A DNA stretch of 64,000 nt from Vicugna vicugna. Its lineage: Eukaryota. Shown one piece after another: positions 52,990 to 64,000 of this stretch. Location of the stretch: assembly GCA_013265495.1 (NCBI GenBank), contig MU058213.1:3410001-3474000 (forward strand). The letters run 5' to 3'. Position 1 is the stretch's first letter. Each line of letters starts with the position of its first letter. The notes beneath the pieces were generated by a model. It searched no databases. It saw only the letters and a list, made by a program, of their open reading frames with translations, and was not told where the DNA came from. Made by a program: the position numbers and the translations under genes.

Positions 52990-54400
52990 GCTCTTTTTTA
53001 TATTTTTTTCTCACTTAACAGTATATCCTGGAAATCATATCTATTTTATAGAGATCTTCCTCATTCTTTTATAGAGCTCCTTAGATTCCATTATTCTAGA
53101 TGAACCGTAGCTCACTCAGTCTTGGAATGAACATTTAGATTTGTAGTTACCAGGCAATGCTGCAATGCATAACCTTGTGCATATATATTCTCACATTGCT
53201 GGAAGTCACTCTGCAGGATGTATTCCTAAAAATGGCATTGCTGGGCCAAACTGCATGTGTACTTTTGCTAGGTTATTGCCTGGCTGTCATTGCAGTTTGC
53301 ATTCCCACCAGCAATATGTGAGAATGCCTGTTTCCCCACAGCCTACAGAGGGAATTCTCATACTTTGTAATTTTTGCCAATATGATGGATGAGAAATGCA
53401 TCTCAGTGTTGTTTAATTTACATTTCTCAGAGTGAATGTGAACATTTTCTCATATATTTGAAAAATGTCTTCTCCACTTTCCTATGGGGATTGGTCCTTT
53501 GTCCCTTTTTTAAAAAACATCCTTATTGAGCTATAATTTACACATCATAGAATTTACCCCTTTCAAGTATACAATTCAATGATTTTAGTATATTCAGACT
53601 TCTGTAACCATCAACACAATGTAAGTTTAGAACATTTTTAATCACCCCAAAAAGAAACCTTGTATCCATTCCTACTCTTCCCCACGTCCCAGCCCTAGGC
53701 GTCAACTGGTCAACTTTGTCTCTGTGGATTTGCTTCCTGAAAACGAGTAAGTGGAATCATATAATAGTGGACTTTTGTGAATGGCTTCTTTCACTCAGCA
53801 TGTTTTCAAGACTAATCCATATGGTAGAATTGTGTCAATATTTCATTTGTTCTATTGAATTATATTCCATTGTACAAATATACCGCATTTTGTTTATCCG
53901 TTCATTCGGTGATGGACCCTCAGCACTTTTCCTCCTTTTTGGCTTTTGTGAATAGTGTCGTTTATTAAAATATCCATCTTTTCCCTTTGAGTTGAGATGC
54001 TGCCTTTAATGCCTGAATTTCTATGTTTTGGGGTCTATTTCTGGGCATTCTATTTTAGTGGTCAATGTGTCTCTTCACGTGGCACTATCACACTTTTAAT
54101 TACAGAGGATTAATGGTATATTTTAATACTTGGTAAAGCTAATCGTCTCTTGTAGTTGTACTTTTTCAAGTGTCTTCCTGGCTGTTTATGCATTTCTCTT
54201 TTTTCATGTGATCTCTAGTATCAACTAGTCTTTAAAAAAAAAAAGCTTGTGAGTATTGTGTTAGCTTTCTAAATTAACCTAGGGAAAATGACATCTTTAT
54301 AATGTCGTGTCATCCTATGCAAAATCAGGAGGTGTCTTTCCATTTGTTCAAGAATATTTGTGTGTCAAGAATGTCAAATTATATTTTAAAAACACTTTTC
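52990..54400 (-). mobile_element. Old L1M fragments (includes an L1MB-like 3' end at ~53510-53960)
   Basis: cattcccaccagcaatatgtgagaatgcctgtttcccca; ttattgagctataatttacacatcatagaatttaccc; gggtctatttctgggcattctattt. Confidence 0.75.
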
Positions 54401-56519
54401 AATTACTTTAGGGGCCGTATTGAGTTTTTAGGAATGTGATAACATACAAAATGGAGATAACTTATGTCACACGCTATGCAGAAAAAAGACCAGTATCTTA
54501 AATGCTAATGTGACTTGCATAGTGAGTGGTGTTATAAAAGCCTGTAGCCTGATCAACTAATGTCCCTGATGAAATTTTATCAATGTCAGCTGCAGAGGGA
54601 AGCTCTGGGCAGCCAGGAAATGCCAGAAATACAGGGTTATTTTCTTTCTTGGATCTTCCTCTCAGGGCCCTGCAGGGAGCCAGATCTTTCCCACCTAAAC
54701 CATAACATTTCTTGAGAAAGATAAACAGCTTCTCCTTCTTGGAGAGGTGGAGAGCGAGCCTGATATAACCAATGGAGCCAATGATCTGAGACAAAAACTT
54801 TCTGAACAAGAAAGTGCGTAGGGATTTGCAGGCGAGATGGCAAAGCCCTTGCAATAGAATCATCAGGCACCAGACATGCTGCAGAGAACGTGCACACACC
54901 CTCACAGAGGACAGAGAATGATAGAAAATAATTCATCAAGACACGGTGAACTAAGGTCTCAGAGGGACAGGGCAGAGACCCTGGCTGAGCGAATTGTCAG
55001 CAAGCCCCTTGTGAGTCAAGTGTGCTGTTCTAAGCCCAAAGCACCTGGATACATTAGATTTCTAATTAGGATCATGTTGAACTCTTTAGAAGATTTTTTC
55101 CATCACTGATGCGTTATTTTGACAGCACTGTTCAAGACAGGTTCCACTTTAAGAATATAATAAGGCTACCTGAAAAAATGCCAATCTGGTTGGCTCCCAC
55201 TGCCCGCTAATCCCCGGCTCTGGACGACAGCCTGCATTTGGCTGATCCACCCCCATTCTACCTGTGGGGGGGCGGGGCCTGTTTGTATGACGGTCACTCC
55301 CAGTGGACTGAGTGCCGCCAAAGCTCACCTGACGCTCAGGTGTAGTGAAATTCAGGTGAGCTCTTCAGTTCTGCATACAAGGGGCTGAAGTTGTGTAAAG
55401 CCCGGGTCAGGAGACCACCCAACGTGGCCGACCTCACTTCTAGGTCCAGGTCTGCTCCTAATTTACTGTGACCAAAGAAAACCCTTGCTGAGCCTTGTTT
55501 TAGCTTTCTGCTGTGTCACGTGAGCATGACATGTGCCCTACCTACTTTACTGGTGTTAATGAGACAACGTGAAACACATTAAAGAGAATATGAAGCGCTT
55601 TCTCAATGGTGCTTCAGGGAACTCTGGGTTCCAGTGTTTTCAGTGTCCTAATTAAAGAGGAGACAACGAGACCACTTTCAAACGTGTTTGTTATGGATGA
55701 AAAAATATCCACTCCCTCAGTGGTGAAGTCACTATTCTAGCCACAGTTGTATGCACGTTAGGTTGTTTTCAAGGGCCGAGAAGTCTGTGTTCCACAGCTG
55801 AGAAGACTTCAAGGCCCCATAACTTGGCCAGCAGCCTGGGGAGTGAGGCCGTCCCCACATTGCTGCTGGGAGAGGCTGAGAAGATGGGGAAGAGATTGAG
55901 TCAAAAGGAAAAAGTTATTGTCAGTCTGGAAAAGATTCTGTAGACGCTCAGAGAAGCCGTGTCTGTTATATTTAACCAGAGAAGCAATATAATTAAAGAA
56001 AACCTCACATTTTATGTCTATCCCTTTTGGTGTAAGCATATTTGTTCTCTGAGCTCACGCCCATGAATAGTAAGCATCTTTTGAGTAACTCAATACTTGG
56101 AAGTATTTTTCGGTGTAGGGATTTGTGAAATACTCCGCTTCACAACGTCCCGAGGGAACTCTCACCCAGATGAAGTAATGCAAGCAGTGGCCCACGCTGC
56201 AGCTGACCCCGCCGCCCGCACCAGGGTTGCTGCCCCCCTCCCCCTGCATTTCTCCCGGACTCAGATTGTTTCAGGTAAACAGCCCAGGAGAACACGGAGA
56301 AACCGGGGATATTAGCCTTTTAGGACCCCAGCCGCCCATTTCAGGGCTTTTATGTGCTGGGGGTGGGGGTGGGGGGGCGGGGAGGCATATCCCCCTGCCC
56401 TTGACTCTCCTGCAAGGGAGGTCAGTCCTGAGAGAGAACTAAGTTTAGTTATTTGAGGTGCTCTGGGGCCACTTGATTCATTTAGGTACAAGGGTGGAGA
56501 GGAGGGGCTTTCTTCATCC

Positions 56520-57000
56520 CTCGTGGGGGGCGGGGGCTGCCGTCTTACCTGCGCTCAGTCCAGGTAGCGGCTTGTGACCGCACAGCCTGTCCTGCCGGCC
56601 AGCCTGCTCACCGGGTCCCTAACTCAGCTCCCGTCCCTCCTGCCGCTTCCCCCAGGCTTCCCCCAGGTGTCGGAGCCTGTTCTCATCTTGCTTCTTCCCG
56701 CTGAGGCTCACCTGGCCTGTTTCAGTTTCCCCGCCCACCCCGTGGAGGTCACAGCACGGTTCCCTCCGTGACGTTACCCCCGGACGCGGGGGCCAGAGCG
56801 CCCTCACCTGGAGCTCAAGGGCAGAGGCCGGGAAGACGGGGTTCGCGGTGGGAGGCACAGGCAGGGACCCACATGGAAGCAGCCCAGCACGGGGACAGGG
56901 GCGCGGGGACAGGAGCGCGGGTCCTCAACCCGCATCGGGCGCTGATGTGTGCGCGCATGCGCGGCATGTGGGGACTCAACACCAGGCGGAGAAAGCTGAC
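56520..57000. promoter_or_regulatory. Orphan CpG-rich promoter-like element
   Basis: CpG-rich; NRF1 palindrome GCGCATGCGC at 56953-56962, CRE-like TGACGT at 56769-56774, GC boxes at ~56526 and ~56729; minus-strand donor CAG|GTAAGA at 56549/56548. Confidence 0.55.
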
Positions 57001-58640
57001 GGCAATAATTGCAGGTCCCAGAATCCCTAACAGAGCAAACCTAAAAGCTGGGTTTTGACTAGAAAACCACTACTATATTGTTTATAATCTTCCGCTATCA
57101 CAACGTCCCTATTAAATACAAAGTATAATAAAATTAACTTATGAACAGTGATGTTTGGTCATTTGGATCAGCTTTTGCAGTTTGCCGCACATGTAATATG
57201 ATCGCCTCAGGGGCTCACAGCTATCTGCTGATAGCCTCCAAATCTCTACCCACCTTCAGATCCACCGCTGCCTGTCCGAAGCCTCCCCTGTAATATCACC
57301 ACGTGAAAAGTCCATCGTCCTTCCTGTTGCAGCAGCGGCACCAGCACCCATCCAGGTGCCCCAGTCTGGGTGTCAGATAGGGGTCAGCCTAGACTCCTGT
57401 CTGTGCCCTACTTGCCCCTCCTTGGCCAGCACAGCCCTACCTCTCTCCATACAACGTCTCAACCCTGGGTTCAGTGGCTACCATCTCTCACTTGCGTCGT
57501 TGGAATGCTCTCCACGCTAGCACCTGTGCCCAGTCTTGTCCCCACTCCCCCACAAATAGGCAGAAGGAGCTTCCTAAAGTTCATACCAAAGCACACACCT
57601 GTTGGCTTGTAACTTTTGAAGAGCTTCCCCATTGCTGATCAGATTTCTTAGCATCGAACCTAAGTCCTTTCACCATCAAACCCCTATTTCTCCAGCCCAA
57701 TATAATCTCTGTTATTTCACTGCTTGGGAGTAACTCATAATTATCTCTGGTGAGTCTCTTGTTTGACTCTACTCCTTCTTTTTCACGGGCCACACGCACT
57801 GCTGAAAATTAGAGGGCTGGTTCCAGTTCAAAGCCTTTGGCTGGACTGAGAGCTCAGCCAGGAGTTCTCCATCTGTAGTCTATTAGCTTTCCCGATGGCA
57901 TCGTGTTATTCTCCTTGCACCAGAAAAAACAAACAGCTGTCTCTCCCACAGCCTCTGCCTTCACCCCAGCGTCAGAGGTTCTCCCCCAGGTGACCCCCTG
58001 TGACCCCGTGGAGTTCCTTCCTCTGCGGTGGCCTTACCCTCCCAGTTGTCCAGTCTCCTGACTGCCCTCTTGTTTCTGGCAGTTTGTGATAAATCACCCC
58101 ATTCCCCTTCCCCCTCACCCTATTCTGGTACTGATCCCCCAAGGTCTAGATTCAGCGCGTCACACTGGATGCTAGTTGCCAACGATTCCCACATGCCTGC
58201 TTCTGCCCACAGCGTCTGTGACCTTCAGTATGGGGCACCTACGGCATCACTGTGGGGGGAGACCACAGCTCTAGGAAGGCGGTTGCAGGCGTAACTTGGG
58301 GATTTGGCTTCCCTCCCCACAATCTGCATTAGATCACTTCCAGACATCCCTAGTAAACATAATCTATGTGGAGACAGTGTGTTCACGGTGCAAACACAGC
58401 TCGCTTTTCAACCAGACTGCCATCCTTAAGCTCCTGAACATAAAATTTGGGATTGCCAGAGACCGGCTATCTAGAATACTGCTTAGTTTTCCACATTTGG
58501 CTCTCTTGGGGGAACTTCTTCCAAGACCCTGGCGTTGCCTGGAGGAGGCAAGCTGACTTAACATCTCACCAGGTGAGCCACTTGCAGCTGTTTCTCCATT
58601 CCCTTTTGTGGTGTCAGAGCACGACCCAGGCGCCTTGATT

Positions 58641-58946
58641 CCGGTGCTGTCCGACAGGTGGGCGCCGCCCCCGTGGCTATTTGAAAGGTGGCGGTTCTGA
58701 ATTGTGATGTCCTGGAACCAGAAAACACATGCTACATTTTGAAGACTTAGTACCAAATAATTGAAAATATCATTAACAATTTTCTATTGATTACATGTTG
58801 AAATGGTAATAGTTTAGATATATTTCAGGAAACAAAATATATTATTACTATTAAGTTCACTTGTCTTTTTTCCTTTTTAAAATGTGCTACTGGAAAATTT
58901 AAAATTACACATGTCACCTGCATTATATTTCTATCAGACAATGCTA
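58641..58946. mobile_element. MER33/MER3-like hAT-Charlie element
   Basis: Degenerate TIRs ggtgctgtccgacag / ctatcagacaatgct; internal ttgattacatgttgaaatggtaata...aaaatttaaaattacac. Confidence 0.7.
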
Positions 58947-60285
58947 GACTAGACTTTGGCTCAGTCTTAAATATGTCTTCATGTATTTTCCAAAGGCTTG
59001 AAGTATGAGCTGTGTGTTCCCTCTTTCCCACCTCTGGCAATGCTTAAATGAGTAATCAGACGTCTTAAACGATAAACCCCAAATTCCTATCCACATTGTC
59101 CCCAGATGGCAATGGGGAAAGTATGCAAATTGAGTCACAGGGGCAACCACAGAAACTCAGAGTCCTAGTAGTGACTGAGTGAATAGAGCTTTCTTTTCTC
59201 CCTTCTCACACTTCTTTAGAAGTAGACAAGGATAAAACATTCCTGAATTCCTCATAGCTTAAAACCACACACCATCAACATTATTTATTCACCAGCATTA
59301 CACCATTACAGTACATAGCAGTACTGAAAAAGCAAAATTTGGTTGGTTCCTCCCTACTAATCATTGAGAATTTGGTCATCCCACTGGAGTGATTTCATTG
59401 TCATCATGTCTGGAAGTTTATGCTACACTTGGGCTAATGACCAGTGACTGAGTATGAACCATGTCCTTGATCTGGACCATGTTTTTAAGTCGAGCACCCA
59501 TGAAAATCCTGTCTGTTTAAACTGAGATTATCCTTAGCTCACGGTGCTCATTCTCTCTTACTAATTGGAGAACACATGCATGAGGTTTTCGTTTGCAAGA
59601 TACATGTGTCAGAAGAAAACAACTCCCAGGAAGGCATGGGGTCTGCCTGGATAATAACTGATTATTTTTCATAAGAGAGCTTAAAAAATTGGAATCTGAA
59701 TGATGAATTGAGCATCCCCGAGGGCGTGTAGTTTTGGCTTTAATCTCTGGTTAGCTTCCCAGGGAGAATGCTGTGCCCCAGAGTTGTGTGATTGCCCAGG
59801 GCCTTTCCGTCACAGGGCATCTGGAGGCCCCCCTCCCTCCCCTTCTCTCTGCAGACTGAGAGCAATTGACACGCAATTCTGGGCTGTGAAAGGCTTTCTT
59901 AGCTTTCGGCTCTGCTCTGATTTGCACCCACGTCATTATCCTGAACGTAATTTCATTGCAAGGAATAGCAATCCTTTGAACAAAGAAAAAGAGCAATGAT
60001 GACCTCTTTATTTCTCTTTATATAATAAAGTATCTTCTAAGGATGAGTTGAATCTAATCTCAGGCCAATTCAACCTTGGTGCCACTGAGTAAAACACACA
60101 CTGGAGTGGCGATTTGTGAGTTTACAGTGGTTGAAGTTGAACCCTACCGGCTGATAGTAGCATTAGTTTATCTGGCCTTTCATTGGCAGAGAATCAAAAA
60201 CTGAACTCAAACTACACAATTAGATATATTTAGGTGTTTTTCAAGCTGAATCTCCATAATCCTTTGGTGTCCTTTACTTTTACAT

Positions 60286-60840
60286 TGTGTGGGAGGCAGA
60301 ATTTCTAGGAATGGCTCCCAAGAGCTCAAGCTCCCAATCCCTGCAGTCCCTGAATGTGGGAAGATCTCACTCCCATGATTGTGTTATACCTGTGGCACCG
60401 GCAACCTTCAGAAAGGAACATAGTCCAGGTTGGCCTAATCTAGTCCAGTGAGCCTTGCAAAGTACAGAACTTTTCCCCACCTCGTGGCAGAACAGGATGG
60501 TAAAAGGTGACATCAGGGAGATTCTAATCATGAAGAGGATTCCACACCATTGCTGGCTTGAAGATGGAGGGGCCAAGTGATGAGAAATGTATATGGCATC
60601 TCGAAGTTTAGACTGGTCCCCAGATGACAGCCAGCAAGAAAACGGGGACTTCAGACCTACAGCCAGAAGGAACTGGTTTCTGTCAACAACCTGAAGAATC
60701 ATGGAAGCAGGTAGGAGTTCGGCTGGTTGACACCTTGACTTTGGCCTTGTGAGACTCTAAGCAGAGAAGCCAGTTGAGCCCATGTGGACTTCTGACCAGC
60801 TGAACTGTAAGATAAGAAATGGGTGTTGATCTGAACTGCT
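60286..60840. mobile_element. MLT1-type MaLR LTR, ending at a younger L1 insertion
   Basis: tgtgggaggcagaatttctagga.tggctccca...acagccagcaagaaaacggggacttcagacctacagcc...gacttctgacc..ctgaactgtaagataa.aaatgggtgttg. Confidence 0.8.
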
Positions 60841-60842
60841 AT

Positions 60843-61048
60843 TGGGAGTTTGGGACTTGCAGATACACACTACTATACATAAAATAGATAAACAGCAAGG
60901 TCCTACTGTAGAGCACAGGGAACTATATTCAGTACCTTGTAATGGCCTAGAATGAATAAGAATGTGAATCACTATGCTGTGCACTGTAAATTAACACAAT
61001 ATTGTAAACTGACTATACTTCAATTTAAAAAATAAAAATAAAAAAAAT
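60843..61048 (+). mobile_element. Young L1 3' end with A tail
   Basis: gggagtttgggacttgcagatac...gcacagggaactatattcagtaccttgtaat...gtaaactgactatacttcaattt followed by poly(A). Confidence 0.85.
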
Positions 61049-64000
61049 ACACCTTGGTCATTGGCTGGTTGGACTCTATAGTTTTTCTTTTTTGTTGTGG
61101 TTCATAATCCACTGGGTGTTATGTGCTGTGTGGCCTCAGGTGAATTACTTGTCTTTCTTGAGCCTATAAAAACTGCCTCACTGAGTTTTTATGAAGATTA
61201 AATGGGATCCACGTAAAGTGTTTACTGCAGACCTTGGCGCTCTGCCGGATCTCAATCGAGCTCCCTCTCTGCACATGGATTTCTGTAGTTCCCATCGTCC
61301 CCCTAAACGCAGAGCTTCCTGAATATTATTACACGGGGCCAGGGATGTTGTTGGTGCCCAGCACATGCACACTGGGGCAATATACGAGCAATGTTCATCA
61401 GATCGTCATATTCATCAAATATTTATTTTAGGAAATGAACATATTAACAAGTGTATACAAAGAAGTCTGTCCTCCACCTGCCCAAGTTTGTAGCAGAGGG
61501 TTAAGTAAACTGCGCATAGCACTGCAATACCATTCATGCTACCATGTACGAAATGCCCAGGCCACGGCACCCTTCCACTGGCCCAAAAGGAGACGTGATT
61601 TTTGTGAGTGGACATGAGCTGGTGCAGAGAAGTTTTCGTTGCTTAGGGGCTGGAGGGAGGCTGGGTTTGGGCGGAAGGCAGGGTGCCTAAGTGGGGAACG
61701 ATAGAAGATGGAACTCATACATTCACCTGAGGACAGACAGCATTTTATGCCAACGGGTTTGGGCTTCTTGCTTCTGGCTCAGGGGAGCTTTCAGAGGGCC
61801 TTTGGCATGGAGTAACCTGATCAGATTTATATACTAGAAAGGAAACACTGGTGTGGGATGGAGAGCCTGCATAGGATGGATTGCAGGCGAAGAGACTGGC
61901 AGAATTGAAACAGGCAGCTAATTTAGCCATAATCTTTCATGCTCGAGAAAAATACACACAAATCTACTGAAGCCCACTTTTCAGAGGGAGGTCCTGAGAG
62001 TCTAACACTTAGTTTAATATCCTTTCTGAAAGGGATGTATCTGCCCTGACGGACGGCAAAGTGAGGACTTCCTGTATGGGGAGACATGGTGTGGGTAAGC
62101 TACAGCCTGAGTTAGTGAGCACTGGAGCGGTGGAGGCAGGGAGGGCAGTGGTCTGGGCCCCAGAGATTAAAGCCACATGCTCTGGATTTCAGCAGAAACA
62201 GAGCTGGAATGCACCTTCCCAAGGCTGACTGGGGGTTGGAGGGGTGACGGGTTCCTTTCTAACTGGGAAACTTCCAGGTGCCCAGAGGAAGGACAAAAAG
62301 ATGCTTAGTTCTGAATTAACACTTGGAAAACTTTTCTTACAGAAACAATGTTATACATGGGTTACAGGGCTGGCCTCTTGAATCAACAACAGTAAGTCTG
62401 AAATTCAGTCCATTTGTAACTTGATTATCATTAGATTGTCTTCTGGATATTTCACTAATAACCAGATCTTGGAAACATGACCTGTTTATAAAGTGGAGAT
62501 GATCTGTGGTTTAGAGTTTATAATCTCACCCTGTCACCTGCCGGAAATTCAAGATTGTCTTGAGAACTTCATGTGTTGCTGCCAAGAATGAGATCAGGAG
62601 ATATCAACCCAGGATACTGGCTTGGAAACATTTCTATTTGAAAATGAATCCCCATTTTTGTTTTTACTAGAATAGAATTTTATTTGTGGCATCAAGATTT
62701 TTAAAAAATGATTTTGTATTTTAAAGTATGCAATAAATTTTGGCAGATTAATCTTCATATATTTTTCCCATACGAGATTTAAAAATACAATGTCGAGTGG
62801 CTTATAATGAAAACGAATTGTTTGCCTTGATAATTATCTGGAATAATTTCAGCATTATAAATAAAAAATGAAAACAAATACCATTTATATTAGGATGAAA
62901 TGCATTTGTAATACAATTTTATGTCTGTTAAAATCTGATTACAGAGAAAATATAGGTTAAAATTATGTGCTTATAGTTTCTAAAAAAATATGACATCCTT
63001 TATGAAAATGACTCTATTCATCCTCCAGCTGTAGAATGCATTCGAGATACTTTTCTATCTGGGATGAGGGGCTGCATTGCTTGATACAGGTTCCTTCCGG
63101 ACCACTGGTGCACACCTGGGAGACGAAGGGGATGATGCTCTGTGGCTGGAGGCTGTGGGAGTGTCTGGTCTCATTATACCTTGTTAACACCTTCTGAGCC
63201 ACAGAATCATCCAATGAGTCAGGTGAAAAGCAAGCCTTTCTATTTTCATAAGCTCTGATATCTGCTATATTTCACAGAAGTGATATTTAAACGATCATGT
63301 GGTAAAATCCTGTTTTAACAAAACTAATTTTCATGTTCAGTTCTACATAATGAGAACATTCCAAAATGCATTGGCCCATGTTAACATGACTTTGCTCATG
63401 AGGAAGGAGAAAATGAATTCTGATGTTAAGACCCACGAAGAGACAAACACATGTACACGTGTATCTGTACGCATTCAACATCAGAGATGGGCCTGCTTCC
63501 TTGTCTGTCAGCAGTCATTTGATCTTTAAACAAAGAGATTCTTCTTCAGGAGGGTGGTTCCTGTTCACAGCTGATCTGACAAAATCTGATGGTCAGCACA
63601 AAGCATCTTCTTGACTGTACGATGCTGTACAAAGCATCTCTGGAACATACAACAATCTTACATGACTATGAGAGCCGGCATGATTATTTTCTTTAGATGA
63701 AAAATTAAAGAGCCCAGTGAGGTTGAGTATGTGGCTTCATTTTAAACATTTGGTAAGTGATAAAATCAGGGCTGCACCTGGAGGCCTTCCCTGCATGCCG
63801 GTTAGCACGGGTGAAGGTAAGACACAGAGTGCACTGATCTGCGAATTACCGTCCCTAAGCCGAGCCATTGATGTGGTGTTTGGAAAGTGGTTTTGCTGCT
63901 GTCACATGTGAGATCTCTACCAGGTGCAGAAAGGTACCCATTGTGTTAGACTCCAGCAAACTTTAACCAACAGGCAGATGCACTTTTCATAACTCTCAGA

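Noticed and set aside
1..64000. NEDD4 exons, CRISPR arrays, rRNA, prokaryotic or viral ORFs
   Set aside because: No HECT/WW coding sequence, regularly spaced repeat-spacer array, rRNA-like sequence or long intact ORF seen.

Overview
Mammalian genomic DNA, very probably a camelid (alpaca/llama/camel). The evidence is five copies of a tRNA-derived SINE matching Tylopoda Vic-1 and recurrent young L1 3' ends. The only gene I can firmly identify is the 5' end of PRTG (protogenin) on the minus strand: signal-peptide exon 1 (8859-8946) in a CpG island and the 303-nt Ig1 exon 2 (6343-6645); 1-6342 is intron 2. The remaining ~54 kb is upstream intergenic DNA (toward NEDD4 in other mammals; no NEDD4 sequence seen), with L1/L2/MIR/MaLR/hAT repeats, a solo ERV LTR with a 4-bp TSD, and microsatellites. 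Best leads: (i) a 6-codon uORF whose stop abuts the PRTG ATG; (ii) an in-phase candidate terminal exon in intron 2 that would give a secreted single-Ig PRTG; (iii) a chain of plus-strand exon-like islands (17-63 kb) suggesting a divergent spliced lncRNA or decayed multi-exon gene; (iv) orphan promoter/CTCF elements at ~46 kb and ~56.5-57 kb. Repeat family names are from visual recognition and their boundaries are approximate. No prokaryotic-type system (CRISPR etc.) is present.
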